DNA from: an uncultured Gemmatimonadales bacterium
GTDB taxonomy: Bacteria > Gemmatimonadota > Gemmatimonadetes > Longimicrobiales > Gaopeijiaceae
Assembly (NCBI GenBank): GCA_963809895.1
Contig: CAWELD010000003.1
Location: forward strand, 960,001-1,024,000
Reading direction: 5' to 3'
Length of the DNA stretch: 64,000 nucleotides
In this document: positions 22,206 to 33,631 of the stretch, piece after piece
Position numbering within the stretch: the stretch's first letter is position 1
Layout: each line of letters begins with the position of its first letter
Made by a program: the position numbers and the translations under genes
The notes under the pieces: generated by a model
Seen by the model: only the letters and a program-made list of their open reading frames with translations
Database searches by the model: none
Told to the model about the DNA's origin: nothing

Positions 22206-22783
22206 TGAAGGGAGGCAGGGGCTTGGTGCCGATGCTCATGGCGATCGCCATGGGGCTGGTCGCGTGTCAGGAGGAGCCGTCCACCACGGTGGCCGGCGAA
22301 GGCCTGCAGGAGCTCGCAGCCGACAACGTCGTGTACGGGCTGGAGGAGATCCTCACCCAGGACGGGGTGCGCAGCGGCATCGTACGCGCCGACTCGGCCT
22401 ACGTGTTCGGCGATTCGGCGCTGTCGCACCTCTACGAAGTGGACATGACGCTCTACAACGACCAGGGACGCGACCGGGCGCACCTGACCGCCGACCGCGG
22501 CGTGCTCCACCAGCGCAGTGAGCTCATGACCGCCGAGGGCAACGTGGTGCTCCGGGTCCTGGACCAGGGGGTCACGGTGGAGACCTCGCGGCTGCGTTAC
22601 GACCCCAGCTCCCAGATGATCAGCAGCGACACCGTGTCCACCTTCCGGAGAGACGGCAAGGTCCAGCACGGCACCTGCTTCCGCTCCGATCTGCAGTTCA
22701 CCTCCTACTCGGTGTGCCAGCCGGTGGGCGCCATCTTCGAGCCCGGCGAACAGGGCAACGGTGGCGGCGGAGCGCCCCGGTGA
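22202..22783 (+). CDS. lptC: LPS export periplasmic protein LptC
   Basis: Lipoprotein-type N-terminus (LVAC); beta-jellyroll pattern AHLTADRG..AEGNVV..VETSRLRYD; position after kdsD. Confidence 0.8.
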   Translation: MMKGGRGLVPMLMAIAMGLVACQEEPSTTVAGEGLQELAADNVVYGLEEILTQDGVRSGIVRADSAYVFGDSALSHLYEVDMTLYNDQGRDRAHLTADRGVLHQRSELMTAEGNVVLRVLDQGVTVETSRLRYDPSSQMISSDTVSTFRRDGKVQHGTCFRSDLQFTSYSVCQPVGAIFEPGEQGNGGGGAPR

Positions 22784-24369
22784 GACTCCTTCTGCTCGCG
22801 TCCCTGTCCCTGGTGGCGGCTGCGGCCGCCCTCGTCCTGGCACCGGCCGTGGTCCGGGCCCAGGGGGTGGGGTGCGAGTTCCTGCCGGGAACCAACAACG
22901 TCGAGGGGCGGGTCTCGGGCTCGTCGCGCATCACCTACGTGTCCCGGCCCCGCATCCGGTGCTCCGACGGCCGCTACATCGAGGCGGACAGCGCGGTGTC
23001 CTTCGAGTCGTCGGGCTACACCGAGCTCACGGGCCGCGTCTACTTCCAGGACCCGGACAAGAGCCTCCGGGCCCAGGAGGCCCGCTACTACGACAACCTG
23101 GGCCGCGTCGAAGCCACGGGCTCGGTCGTGCTCACGGACCGCCAGACGGGCAACGTGCTGCGGGGTGAGCGGCTCCTGTACCTGCGCCAGTCCCGCGCGC
23201 GCTCCCAGGAGGAGCTCACCATGACGGGGGGGCGCCCGGAGGCGACCCTCTATCCCGAGCCCGACTCCACGGCCGCTCCCGACGACGAGGTGGTGCCCTA
23301 CGAGGTGGTGGCGGACCGCATCTACCTCCTGGGAGACCGGCGCTTCCAGGCCAACGGCAACGTCGAGGTCGAGCGGGACTCCCTGACCGCCTCCGGCCAG
23401 ACCATGGACTACGACCGCGAGGCCGGCACCATCGACTTCACCGGCGGCTCCCGGGTCAAGCAGGGCGAGATGGACCTCACCGGCCGCGAGATCCACATGG
23501 TCCTTCCCCAGAACCGCATCCGCGAGGTGACCGCGCGGGAGGAGTCCCGGCTCATGGGGCAGGACGTGGACCTCGAGGCCCACACCATCCGGCTCTTCCT
23601 CACCGACGGCGAGCTCGACCGCGTGGTGGCCGTGGGCGCCAGCCGCGTGCTCGGGGGCGCCCAGGGTGATTCGACCCAAAGCGCCATGGCGCCGCCCGCC
23701 GCCCCCACGACCCAGCCCACGCCGCCCGACTCGATCGCAGCGGATTCCACGCGTGCGCCGCGCCAGGCCGTGGCCACGGCGGAGACGCTGGTGGCCACCG
23801 CAGACTCCCTGGACATCGTGGCTCCGGGCCAGACGCTGGAGCGCCTGGTGGCCATCGGGACGGCGCGGGCCGTCTCCAACGCCCGGGACAGCCTCAACAC
23901 CCCGGACATGCCCGACTTCATCCGCAAGGACTGGATCAGCGGCGACACCGTCATCGCGGTCCTCCACCCCGACACCTCGGCCCAGGCTCGGGCGCGGCCG
24001 GATTCGGCCCGTCGGCCCTACGTGCTGGAGCGCCTGGTGGCGAGCCTCAACGCCCGCAGCTTCTACCGCTTGGACCCTGATTCCACCGAGGGCGCACCTC
24101 CGCGTCCGGACACGGCCCGGGCACCGGAGCCGATGGCCCGGCCGGACAGCATCGCCGCTCCTCCGGACAGCCTGCAGGTGGCGCCGGACAGCGTCCCCAC
24201 AGGGCCGCGACGCCCCAGGCTGCCCATCAACTACGTGGAAGCCGACCGCATCGTCATCGAGTTCAAGGACGGTGCGGTGGACCGCATGGATCTCACCGGT
24301 CTAAGGCGTGGCATCTATCTGACGCCGGGGAGCGGCTCGCGTACCTCCCGTGTCGGAGGCGAGCCGTGA
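22780..24369 (+). CDS. Extended OstA/LptA-like periplasmic protein (529 aa)
   Basis: Signal peptide; repeated jellyroll motifs (ATGSVVL, ANGNVEV); lies between lptC and lptB; Pro/Asp/Ser-rich linkers. Confidence 0.75.
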   Translation: MRLLLLASLSLVAAAAALVLAPAVVRAQGVGCEFLPGTNNVEGRVSGSSRITYVSRPRIRCSDGRYIEADSAVSFESSGYTELTGRVYFQDPDKSLRAQEARYYDNLGRVEATGSVVLTDRQTGNVLRGERLLYLRQSRARSQEELTMTGGRPEATLYPEPDSTAAPDDEVVPYEVVADRIYLLGDRRFQANGNVEVERDSLTASGQTMDYDREAGTIDFTGGSRVKQGEMDLTGREIHMVLPQNRIREVTAREESRLMGQDVDLEAHTIRLFLTDGELDRVVAVGASRVLGGAQGDSTQSAMAPPAAPTTQPTPPDSIAADSTRAPRQAVATAETLVATADSLDIVAPGQTLERLVAIGTARAVSNARDSLNTPDMPDFIRKDWISGDTVIAVLHPDTSAQARARPDSARRPYVLERLVASLNARSFYRLDPDSTEGAPPRPDTARAPEPMARPDSIAAPPDSLQVAPDSVPTGPRRPRLPINYVEADRIVIEFKDGAVDRMDLTGLRRGIYLTPGSGSRTSRVGGEP

Positions 24370-25313
24370 GCGACGACCTGACTTCTCCCTGGACTCCCTA
24401 CGAGGACGACGTGGACACCACCGCCGACGACCCGATCCCCGAGACGCGCCCCGTGGACGCGCCTGCGGGCACCGAGCCGAACACGGTGGGGGCGCACGTG
24501 CCCGTGTCCGTGGCGCCTCCCTCTCACGGCAGCCGTTTCTGGGCCGAAGGGCTCACCAAGGTCTACCGCCGGCGCAAGGTCGTGAACGACGTGGCGATCT
24601 CGGTGGAGCAGGGAGAGATCGTGGGCTTGCTCGGGCCCAACGGGGCGGGGAAGACGACCACCTTCTACATGATGGTGGGGTTGATCCCGCCGGATGCCGG
24701 GACGGTCTACCTCGACGACGAGGACCTCACGGGCGTGCCCATGTACAAGCGCGCACGCATGGGCGTGGGGTACCTGGCCCAGGAGCCGTCCATCTTCCGC
24801 AAGCTCACGGTCGAGGAGAACGTCCGGGCCATCCTCGAGACCATGGACATGCGCAAGGCCGAGCGGAAGCAGCGGCTGGAGGAGCTGCTCGACGAGCTCT
24901 CCATGGCGCATCTCCGGGACAACAAGGCCTACTCGCTGTCCGGCGGAGAGCGCCGGCGGCTCGAGATCACCCGCGCCCTGGTGCAGCGCCCCAAGTTCAT
25001 GCTCCTGGACGAGCCCTTCGCCGGCATCGATCCCATCGCCGTCAACGACATCCAGGAGATCGTGGCCGAGCTGAAGACCCGGGGAATCGGCGTCATCATC
25101 ACGGACCACAACGTGGAGCAGACGCTGGAAATCGTGGACCGTGCCTACATCATGTACGAGGGACGCATTCGCGTGACGGGCACCGTCTCGGAGCTCGTCT
25201 GGAACGATGAGGTTGCGGAGATCTATCTGGGACCCACGCTGACGCATCGGATGAGGGCGCGCTTCGCCCGCCCCGTGTCCAGCCCGACGCCCGAGCGCCG
25301 GACGGAGTCATGA
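24366..25313 (+). CDS. lptB: LPS export ABC transporter ATPase
   Basis: [53 protein letters not shown]. Confidence 0.97.
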   Translation: MSDDLTSPWTPYEDDVDTTADDPIPETRPVDAPAGTEPNTVGAHVPVSVAPPSHGSRFWAEGLTKVYRRRKVVNDVAISVEQGEIVGLLGPNGAGKTTTFYMMVGLIPPDAGTVYLDDEDLTGVPMYKRARMGVGYLAQEPSIFRKLTVEENVRAILETMDMRKAERKQRLEELLDELSMAHLRDNKAYSLSGGERRRLEITRALVQRPKFMLLDEPFAGIDPIAVNDIQEIVAELKTRGIGVIITDHNVEQTLEIVDRAYIMYEGRIRVTGTVSELVWNDEVAEIYLGPTLTHRMRARFARPVSSPTPERRTES

Positions 25314-26818
25314 ATCAGTTCAACACGCGGCTCTTCCAGAGCCAGCAGCTCAAGCAGGAGATGCGGATCAACCCACGCCTGTACCAGGCGATGGAGTTGC
25401 TCTACATGCCGCTGCTGGACCTGCAGCAGCATCTGAAGCAGGAAATGGCCGAGAACCCCTTCCTGGAGATGTCCGAGGCCGACGTGCAGCAGGAGGTCGA
25501 GCTCAAGGAGGAGGCCCCGGACGACGGTACCACCGAAGACGAGATCGACTGGGAGGAGATCCTCCTGGACGGCTTCGACGCCGGCGGCCGCAAGCAGGAA
25601 TACGAACACCGCGAGTACATCCCCCCGACGGCGGTGGACAAGCCGGACCTCCACGACCACCTGGCCGAGCAGCTCCGCATGCTCGACCTGGACGAGCGGG
25701 CCATGCGCCTGGGTGAGGAGATCCTGGGCAACCTGGACGACACGGGCATCCTCACCTGCTCGCTCGAAGAGGTGGTGGAGGGCGCCAACGATTGGCTGAA
25801 GGACGTGCGCGAGGTCGCCCTGGAACGCGCCCACGCCCTGGACGACGACGAGGAGCGCGCCCAGGAGCTGGCCGAGGTCGAGCGGCTGTTCTCGCCGTAC
25901 GTGGTCGAGGAGGCCGAAGCGGTGCTGGAGCGCATCCAGACCATGGAGCCCGCCGGGATCGGCGCCCGGGATCTGCGCGAATGCATCCTCATTCAGATGC
26001 GGCAGGCCGGCGAGGACGACTCCACGGCCTACACCATCGTGCACGACCATTTCGACGACCTGGTCAACCACCGCTGGTCGGACATCGCCCGGGCCATGGG
26101 GATCTCGGCCAAGGCGGTCCAGGACGCCACGGACGAGTTGGGACACTTCGATCCCAAGCCCGGCATGGCCATGTCCGCCGAGCCCGACCACTACGTGATC
26201 CCCGATCTCATCGTGGAGAAGATCGGCGGGGAGTACATGGTGTTCGTCAACGACACCAACCTCCCACGGTTGCGCATCTCCAGGGCCTACCGCGAAGTGG
26301 CCAGGGACCGCAACAAGTTCACCGGCGAGAACAAGGAGTTCATCTCGTCGAAGCTCAACTCCGCCAACTGGATGATCCAGGCCATCGAGCAGCGTCGCCA
26401 GACCATGCTCAAGGTCATGAACTTCATCGTGGACCGGCAGCGCGAGTTCTTCGAGAAGGGCGTGCAGCATCTGCGTCCGCTGACGCTGCGCGAGGTGGCC
26501 GAGCACATCGACATGCACGAGTCCACCGTGTCGCGGGTCACCAACGAGAAGTACTGCCAGACGCCCCGGGGCGTCTTCCACCTCAAGTTCTTCTTCTCGT
26601 CGGGCCTCTCCACCGCCAGCGGCGAGGACATCTCGGCCCGGGGCGTGAAGGACAAGATCAAGAACCTCGTGGACGGCGAGAACTCCAAGAAGCCCCTCAC
26701 CGACCAGGCGCTGGTGCGTCTGCTCGAGGAGGACGGCGTCAAGATCGCCCGCCGCACCGTGGCCAAGTACCGGGACCAGCTCGGGATCCTCCCGGCGCGG
26801 ATGCGGAAGCGCGTCTGA
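25310..26818 (+). CDS. rpoN: RNA polymerase sigma-54
   Basis: Gln/Leu-rich region I, HESTVSRV, RpoN box ARRTVAKYR. Confidence 0.98.
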   Translation: MNQFNTRLFQSQQLKQEMRINPRLYQAMELLYMPLLDLQQHLKQEMAENPFLEMSEADVQQEVELKEEAPDDGTTEDEIDWEEILLDGFDAGGRKQEYEHREYIPPTAVDKPDLHDHLAEQLRMLDLDERAMRLGEEILGNLDDTGILTCSLEEVVEGANDWLKDVREVALERAHALDDDEERAQELAEVERLFSPYVVEEAEAVLERIQTMEPAGIGARDLRECILIQMRQAGEDDSTAYTIVHDHFDDLVNHRWSDIARAMGISAKAVQDATDELGHFDPKPGMAMSAEPDHYVIPDLIVEKIGGEYMVFVNDTNLPRLRISRAYREVARDRNKFTGENKEFISSKLNSANWMIQAIEQRRQTMLKVMNFIVDRQREFFEKGVQHLRPLTLREVAEHIDMHESTVSRVTNEKYCQTPRGVFHLKFFFSSGLSTASGEDISARGVKDKIKNLVDGENSKKPLTDQALVRLLEEDGVKIARRTVAKYRDQLGILPARMRKRV

Positions 26819-27843
26819 TGGCCCGGGACCCGGCCGGATCCGCGCCGGCCCGGTCGGGCGCCACGTCGCCCGCGACGCCCCGCACCGACGCCGTCGACGC
26901 CGCCCGGGGCCTGGACGATGCCCTGCGGCGCGACTTCTGCGTGGTGGTGCCGGCGTTCGACGAGGCGCCGGCCGTCCCGGAGTTGGTGCGATCGCTCCGC
27001 GACGCCTTCCAACGCTACCGACTCGAGGGCGAGGTGCTCCTGGTGGACGACGGATCCACCGACGGCACCGGCGAGCTGGCCCAACGGGAGGCGGGTGACT
27101 GGAAGGCCTTCCGGGTGGTGCGCCACCGGGTGAACCTGGGCAAGGCCGAGGCCATCCAGACGGCCGCGGCCCACACCGAGCGCACCTGGCTGGTGCTGTT
27201 CGACGCCGATCTGCAGCACCATCCCGACGAGATCCCCCGTTTCCTGGCCAAGCTGCAGGAAGGGTGGGACATCGTCACGGGCCGCAAGGTGGGTGCCTAC
27301 GACAAGCGCGCCGTGTCGTCGGTCTACAACGGACTCAGCCGCCGCATCTTCAAGGTGCCCGTCTCGGATCTCAACTCCATGAAGGCGTTCCGCCGCGAGA
27401 TCCTGGACGACATCCACCTGCGCCACGACTGGCACCGCTTCTTCGTGGTGCTGGCCCACGCCCGCGGATGGAGCGTCACCGAGATCGACATCCCCCTGTT
27501 CCCGCGCGTGGCGGGCACCTCGAAGTTCCGGGGGCCCTGGCGCATCGTGGTGGGGTTGCTGGATCTGGTGAGCGTCTGGTTCCTGCTTCTCTTCTCGCGC
27601 AAGCCGCTCCTGCTGTTCGGCTCCATGGGTGCCGGCCTGCTCGCCGCGGGCTTCCTGGTCGGGCTGGTGGCCTTCTGGCTGCGGTTCGGGATGGGATTCG
27701 GATTCCGGCCCCTCCTGTACCTGGTCATTCTGCTGGTGACGGTGGGCGTCATCCTCCTGGGGGTGGGCCTGCTGGCCGAGATGGTGGCGCAGCTCCGCGA
27801 CGAGGTGGACGTCCTGCGCCGCGACCGGCGAGGCGGCGCGTGA
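26818..27843 (+). CDS. GT2 glycosyltransferase (GtrB/ArnC-like, two C-terminal TMs)
   Basis: VVVPAFDE, VDDGSTDGT, FDADLQH, C-terminal hydrophobic helices. Confidence 0.9.
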   Translation: MARDPAGSAPARSGATSPATPRTDAVDAARGLDDALRRDFCVVVPAFDEAPAVPELVRSLRDAFQRYRLEGEVLLVDDGSTDGTGELAQREAGDWKAFRVVRHRVNLGKAEAIQTAAAHTERTWLVLFDADLQHHPDEIPRFLAKLQEGWDIVTGRKVGAYDKRAVSSVYNGLSRRIFKVPVSDLNSMKAFRREILDDIHLRHDWHRFFVVLAHARGWSVTEIDIPLFPRVAGTSKFRGPWRIVVGLLDLVSVWFLLLFSRKPLLLFGSMGAGLLAAGFLVGLVAFWLRFGMGFGFRPLLYLVILLVTVGVILLGVGLLAEMVAQLRDEVDVLRRDRRGGA

Positions 27844-29022
27844 CGGAGCATCCTCACGGCCCTCCACGGGTGCTGGTGGTGGTGGGGACGCGTCCCGAGG
27901 CCGTGAAGATGGCGCCGGTGCTGGCGGCCTTCCGGGCGCGGGCCGACGAGATCCGGGCCGACCTCGTGCTCACGGGCCAGCACACCGACCTGGTGGACGG
28001 CATCCTGCGCCAGTTCGATCTGACGCCGTCGTGGGATCTGGGCATCATGCGCGAAGGCCAGACCGTGTACGACGTGCTGCAGGCCGGCCTGGACGGGCTG
28101 CGCGGCGTGCTGGACGAGGCCCGCCCGGCAGCCGTCCTCGTCCAGGGCGACACGGCCAGCGTCTTCGTGGGCGCGCTGGTGGGATTCCTCCAGAAGGTGT
28201 GGGTGGGGCACGTGGAGGCGGGGCTCCGCAGCCACGACAAGTGGGCGCCCTGGCCGGAGGAGGTCTTCCGCCGCCTCACCGACGTTCTGGCCGACGGCTA
28301 CTTCGCGCCCACGCCCCTGGCGGCGGCCAACCTGGTGGGGGAGGGGGTGGCGCGGAGCGCAGGTGCACGTGACCGGCAACACCGTGGTGGACGCGCTCCG
28401 GAGCGTGGCCCGCACGCCCGGCGACTTCGTGGATCCGGCGCTGAAGGCGGCCACTGCCTCGGGGCGGCGCCTGGTCCTGCTGACGGCGCATCGGCGTGAG
28501 TCCTTCGGCGCCCCCCTGCGCGAGGTGTTCGGAGCCGTACGCGCCCTGGCCGATGCCGAGCCCGACATCGAGATCGTCTACCCGGTGCACCCCAATCCCA
28601 ACGTGACGGCCCCGGCGCGGGAGCTCCTGACGGACCACCCGCGCATCCGTCTCACCGAGCCCGTGGGATACCTGGATCTGGTACGGGCGCTCCAACGGGC
28701 GGCGCTGGTGCTCACCGATTCGGGGGGAATCCAGGAAGAGGCTCCCACCTTCGGCACTCCGGTCCTGGTGCTCCGCGGCGTCACCGAGCGCCCCGAGGGC
28801 ATCGAGGCCGGCGTGGCCGAGCTCGTGGGGACCGACGGCGCCCGCATCGTCGAGAGAGCGCGGGCGCACCTCGCACGGACGCGCAGTGCCGAGGCACCGC
28901 CGGCGAACCCGTACGGTGACGGCAGGGCGGGGGAGCGCATCGCCGACCTGACCATCGCCGCCCTCACCGGCGCCGCCCGGCGAACCCGCGACTGGCAGGA
29001 CGTACCCGGGGGGGCCGGCTGA
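27840..29022 (+). pseudogene. wecB: UDP-N-acetylglucosamine 2-epimerase, frameshifted near 28340-28362 (pseudogene or sequencing error)
   Basis: Frame 1: GTRPEAVKMAP, QGDT, GHVEAGLRS; continues in another frame: VHVTGNTVVDAL, TAHRRE, TDSGGIQEEA, NPYGDG. Confidence 0.85.
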
Positions 29023-29030
29023 ACATCCTC

Positions 29031-30134
29031 ATGCACTGCGTCTACTTCCCGCCGGAGGTGGGCGGGTTGGAGAGCCACGTCTACTACCTGTGCCGCGCCC
29101 TGGCCCGCAAGGGACACGTGGTGAACGTGGTCACCTCGAAGTCCAGGCCCGGCGTGCCCGAGCACGAGGTCATGGACGGCGTGGGCGTGTGGCGCACCTG
29201 GTTCCCGGCGCGGAACCCGGCAGGCTGGGCGCTCCACGCCTTCGGCTCCATGCCCCGCTTCGGCGGGCTGGCCCGCTCGGCCGACATCCTGCACGCCCAG
29301 GCCTTCGCCTCGGTCCTTCCGGGCATGGTGGCCAAGCGCGCCACCGGAGTGCCGCTGGTGGCCACCTGGCACACCAGCCACTTCCTGAAACGGGCGGGCT
29401 CGCCCTTCTGGCGGCCCGTCTTCCGTCGCATGCTCCAGGCCGCCGACCGCAATCTGGCCGCCAGCGAGGAGATCGCCCGCGTGGCACGCTCGTTGGCGCC
29501 CGGCGTGACCGTCGAGGCCCTCACCAACGGGGTGGAGACCGACATCTTCCGGCCCGTGGCGCCGACGCTGGAGCCCCCGTCCGAGGGGCGCCGGCGATTG
29601 GTGGTGCCGCGCCGGCTCTTCACCAAGAACGGTGTGGAGTACTTCGTGCGCGCCATGCCGCTCATGGCGGAGGCCGTGGACGTGGAGGCGATCCTGGTGG
29701 GCGACGGACCCGAACGCGCGAAGCTGGAGGCGCTGGCGTCGGAGTTGGGCGTCGCCGAGCGCGTCCGCTTCCTGGGCGCTCGCCCCAACGCCGACATGCC
29801 GGGGCTGCTGTGCTCGGCCGACATGGCGGTCTTCCCGTCGCTCATGGAGGCCACCTCCGTGGCCGCCCTGGAAAGCATGTCGTGCGGGCTGCCGGTGGCG
29901 GCGTCCGACGTGGGCGGCCTGCCCGAGATCGTGGACGACGCCGTGGGTGCGCTCTTCCGCCCTGCCGACCCCGGTGACCTGGCCCGGGTGGTGGTGCGAT
30001 TGCTCCGGGAAGGGGATCTTGAAGGGCTCGGCGCCCGGGCCCGCCAGCGCGTGGTGAGCCACTGGAGCAACGACCGGCTCGCCGAGCGGCATCTGGAGAT
30101 CTACCGAGGACTTCTGCAGGAAAGGACCGGCTGA
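29031..30134 (+). CDS. GT4 glycosyltransferase (possible CTG start at 29019)
   Basis: FPPEVGGLE, NGVETDIF, VGDGPER, EATSVAALESMSCGLPVAASDVGGLPE. Confidence 0.92.
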   Translation: MHCVYFPPEVGGLESHVYYLCRALARKGHVVNVVTSKSRPGVPEHEVMDGVGVWRTWFPARNPAGWALHAFGSMPRFGGLARSADILHAQAFASVLPGMVAKRATGVPLVATWHTSHFLKRAGSPFWRPVFRRMLQAADRNLAASEEIARVARSLAPGVTVEALTNGVETDIFRPVAPTLEPPSEGRRRLVVPRRLFTKNGVEYFVRAMPLMAEAVDVEAILVGDGPERAKLEALASELGVAERVRFLGARPNADMPGLLCSADMAVFPSLMEATSVAALESMSCGLPVAASDVGGLPEIVDDAVGALFRPADPGDLARVVVRLLREGDLEGLGARARQRVVSHWSNDRLAERHLEIYRGLLQERTG

Positions 30135-32638
30135 TGGCCAAGACACCTCCCGAGACGGAGACGGTGGACCGCTCGCTGGCCGCCGAGGTGACCGGCGCCC
30201 GGGCTCCCGAGCGGGTGGCCGTTCCCGGATGGCTGCCACCGGTCCTGTACGCGGTGGTCACGCTGCTCCTGTTCCGGGTCTTCGTCTTCTCCGGCGCCAT
30301 GCTGTACGGCTCCGACACCGAGGCGCTGGGCTACATGGCCCGGGCCTTCTACGCCCAACAGCTCAAGGCCGGCCACTTCCCGGGCTGGAACCCGCTGCTC
30401 CTGGGAGGCACACCCTTTCTGGACTCGCTGGCGGGAGGCGACTCCCTCTATCCGCCCTCGGTGCTGCTGCTCCTCCTGCTGACGCCCTTCCGGGCCCTGG
30501 GCTGGAAGCTGGTGCTGCACGTCTTCCTGGCGGGCCTGTTCATGTACGGCTGGGCCCGCTCGCTGGGGCGGAGCCGGGCGGCCGCGCTGCTGGCGGGGCT
30601 GGCGTATCTGGTGGCGCCCTTCCTGGTGACCCTGGTCTGGCCCGGGGGCGACGGCAAGCTCTTCGTCACCTCGCTCACGCCCCTCATGTTCTGGGCGGTG
30701 GAGTCGTGGTTTCGCGGGCGCCGCCTGCTGTCGCTGGCCGGCGTGGCGGCGGTGGTGGCGCTGGTGATCCTGACCACCCACTTCCAGATGGCCTACTTCC
30801 TGTTCGGCGCGGTGGGCATCTACGCCATCTTCCGCACCGTGCAGGAGGGCCGCCGCGCCGGCACCGGCGTGACCGGGGCCGCCGGGCTCTTCTGGGGATT
30901 CCTGGCGGCCTCCGTGGTAGGGGCCGCGGGGGCGGGGGTACAGCTCCTGCCCGCCGTGGAGTACGTCACCCAGTTCTCGCGGCGCACGGCCACCACGACG
31001 GCCGCGCCGCCAGAGCAGAACCGGCAGTACGCCTCGAGTTGGTCGCTCCATCCCGAAGAGGTCGTGTCCACCCTGGCCGTGCCGGAATTCGTGGGTAGCT
31101 CGGTGGGCGGCGCCGGCTGGACCTCGGGTACCTACTGGGGCCGGAACGGCTTCAAGCTCAACGAGGAATACCTGGGCATCCTGGTGGTGGTGTTGGCAGC
31201 GCTGGCCTTCGTGGGCGGCCCCCGGCTCACCTCGCGCTGGTTCTTCCTGGGGATGGGAGCCCTGGCGCTCCTCTACACCCTGGGCACCCACACGCCGTTG
31301 TGGGGCCTCTTCTACGCGGTCCTGCCCGGGATCAAGCTCTTCCGGGCGCCCTCGCTGGCCATCTTCCTCACCGGCTTCTCGGCGGTGACGCTCATGGCCT
31401 TCGGCGCCGACCGCCTCCTGGGCTGGGCCGCCGGCGACCAGGAGCGGGCCGCCTCCACGGGCCAGCGCGTGATCTTCATCGTGGCCGGTGTGCTGGGCCT
31501 GGGAATGCTGCTGGCCGCCTCCGGCGCGCTCCTGTCCATGTGGACCTCGGTGTTCTACTCGGACATGGCACCCGACAAGGCGCAGGCGCTGGCCCGGGCC
31601 ACGCCCTTCATCGGCCGGGGATTCCTGGCGGTGACGGTGCTGGTGGTGGCGCTGGGCGGGACCCTCCTGCTGGGCCGGCGGGGCGCGCTCCGCCCCTCGG
31701 GGGTGCTCATCATCGTGGCGCTCCTGGTGGCGCTGGACGGTATGCGGGTGGATGCGCCTTTCGTCACCACCGACGACTTCTCCAGCTTCGCGCAGCCCGA
31801 TCCCAACGCGCAGTACCTGCTGGACCAGCAGACGGCCGAAGACGGGCCCTTCCGCGTGCTGGACATGGACAACGGCGGCCAGTCCGTGCGCCTCGGCATG
31901 TTCGGCATCGAGCTGGCCGGGGGCCACCATCCCAACGATCTGGCAGCCTACCGGGAGCTCACCGGGATGGCGGGATCGGGCTCACCGGTGAATCTGATCA
32001 GCTCGCGCAATGTGCAGCGGGTGCTCAACGTCGAGTACCTGATGTGGCCCGTGACACAGTACGGGCCCCTGGATCAGGTCGGGTTGCCGTGGGTGGATCA
32101 GGCCGAGGCGGTCCGGGCGACCCAGATGAGCGGCCAGCTCCACGAGGTCGTCTACCGGCTGCCCACCCTCCCACGGGCCCGCCTGGTGAGCCAGGCCGAG
32201 GTGGTGCCGGGGCTGGCAGCGGTGGACCGCATCATGGCAACGGACTTCGACCCGGCCACCACCGCCACCCTCGACGCGCCGTCCCCGTTGCAGCTGGGCG
32301 GCGGCACGCCCCAGGGCGAGGTGCGCTGGCAGGAGCGCTCGGTGGACCACATGAGGCTCTCGGTGACCACGGACCGCAACGCGCTCCTGATCGTGGCCGA
32401 CAACTGGTACCCGAACTGGCAGGCCGCCGTGGACGGAGCCCCGGCGCCGGTCCTGGAGGCGTACCACACGCTGCGGGCGATCCCCGTGCCCGCCGGCGAG
32501 CACGAGGTGACGCTGGACTACACCTGGGGCGGCCCGGTGCGGGCCGGGCTCGGCCTCTCGATCGCCGCCTGGCTCCTGGTGGCGGGCGTGGCGGCCTTCT
32601 CCTGGCTGCGGACGCGCAGGCGTGGCGCCGACGCCTGA
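30134..32638 (+). CDS. YfhO-family GT-C membrane glycosyltransferase
   Basis: WNPLLLGGTPF, ~12 TMs, C-terminal LIVADNWYPNWQAAVDG...LRAIPVPAGEHEVTLDY. Confidence 0.88.
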   Translation: MAKTPPETETVDRSLAAEVTGARAPERVAVPGWLPPVLYAVVTLLLFRVFVFSGAMLYGSDTEALGYMARAFYAQQLKAGHFPGWNPLLLGGTPFLDSLAGGDSLYPPSVLLLLLLTPFRALGWKLVLHVFLAGLFMYGWARSLGRSRAAALLAGLAYLVAPFLVTLVWPGGDGKLFVTSLTPLMFWAVESWFRGRRLLSLAGVAAVVALVILTTHFQMAYFLFGAVGIYAIFRTVQEGRRAGTGVTGAAGLFWGFLAASVVGAAGAGVQLLPAVEYVTQFSRRTATTTAAPPEQNRQYASSWSLHPEEVVSTLAVPEFVGSSVGGAGWTSGTYWGRNGFKLNEEYLGILVVVLAALAFVGGPRLTSRWFFLGMGALALLYTLGTHTPLWGLFYAVLPGIKLFRAPSLAIFLTGFSAVTLMAFGADRLLGWAAGDQERAASTGQRVIFIVAGVLGLGMLLAASGALLSMWTSVFYSDMAPDKAQALARATPFIGRGFLAVTVLVVALGGTLLLGRRGALRPSGVLIIVALLVALDGMRVDAPFVTTDDFSSFAQPDPNAQYLLDQQTAEDGPFRVLDMDNGGQSVRLGMFGIELAGGHHPNDLAAYRELTGMAGSGSPVNLISSRNVQRVLNVEYLMWPVTQYGPLDQVGLPWVDQAEAVRATQMSGQLHEVVYRLPTLPRARLVSQAEVVPGLAAVDRIMATDFDPATTATLDAPSPLQLGGGTPQGEVRWQERSVDHMRLSVTTDRNALLIVADNWYPNWQAAVDGAPAPVLEAYHTLRAIPVPAGEHEVTLDYTWGGPVRAGLGLSIAAWLLVAGVAAFSWLRTRRRGADA

Positions 32639-33626
32639 CCGGGGGCGGCTGCCCCGACCCCTGGTCCGGGTGCTCCAGCTCGTCCTCACCGTCCTGGTCA
32701 CCTGGTTCGTGGCGGACCGGGTCGGGTTGTCCTTCGGCGAGCTCGGGCGCCTGGACCTGACGCGTTGGCAGGTTCGGTGGCTACCCCTGGTGGGATCCTG
32801 CGTCGTCCTGGCCGCGGGCTACGCCATGTCGTCGCTCCTGTGGGGGCGCATGGTCCACGAGCTCGGCGGCCCGCGCCTCCCGCCCTGGACCTCGGTGCGG
32901 GTCTTCATGGTGGCCAACCTGGGGCGCTACGTACCGGGCAAGGTCCTGCAGATCGCCGGACTCACCTGGTTGGCCGGCAGGGAAGGGGTGCCACCGGCGG
33001 TGGCGGCCGTGGCCGCCGTCCTGGGACAGGCCGTGGCGCTCCTGGGCGCCACCGTGGTCGGGCTGGGCGCCTTCTTCGGCCCCAATGAGCGTTGGCGGCT
33101 GTGGGGATGGATCGGGTTGGGCCTCGTGGCCATCTTCATCGTGCTCACCAGCCTGCCGGCGACCACGGCGTGGCTCGAGCGCGGGTGGCTCCGCCTGGCC
33201 ACGAGGGGCAAGCCCGCCGACGATATGTCCGCTCCGTCGCTCGGCGGCGGCTTCGGGCTCCGTTGGACCGTGCTGTACGCCGTGAACTGGGGAATCTACG
33301 CCACCGCCTTCTGGCTCCTCTACATGGGGCTGGAGGGCTTCGTGCCCTTCCTGCAGGCGGGGCCGGCCTTCGCGGCGGGCTATGTGGCGGGCTACGTGGC
33401 GGTGTTCGCGCCTGCCGGCGTCGGGGTGCGCGAGGCTTCGCTGGTGGCCTTCCTGGCGCCCGTGCTGGCGCCGGAGCCGGCGTTGGCGCTGGCGGTGGTG
33501 GCCCGCCTGTGGACCACGGCGGTAGAGGTGGTGCCGGCTGCGCTGCTGGCGGCTCGAGGCCGTCGACCGGCGCCGGACGAGGCGCTGCCACGGGAGGGGA
33601 TCGAGACACCGGGAGGTTTGCCTTGA
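32622..33626 (+). CDS. Lysylphosphatidylglycerol synthase TM / UPF0104 flippase-like membrane protein
   Basis: ANLGRYVPGKV, PAGVGVREA; multiple TMs. Confidence 0.85.
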   Translation: MAPTPDRGRLPRPLVRVLQLVLTVLVTWFVADRVGLSFGELGRLDLTRWQVRWLPLVGSCVVLAAGYAMSSLLWGRMVHELGGPRLPPWTSVRVFMVANLGRYVPGKVLQIAGLTWLAGREGVPPAVAAVAAVLGQAVALLGATVVGLGAFFGPNERWRLWGWIGLGLVAIFIVLTSLPATTAWLERGWLRLATRGKPADDMSAPSLGGGFGLRWTVLYAVNWGIYATAFWLLYMGLEGFVPFLQAGPAFAAGYVAGYVAVFAPAGVGVREASLVAFLAPVLAPEPALALAVVARLWTTAVEVVPAALLAARGRRPAPDEALPREGIETPGGLP

Positions 33627-33631
33627 AGCTC

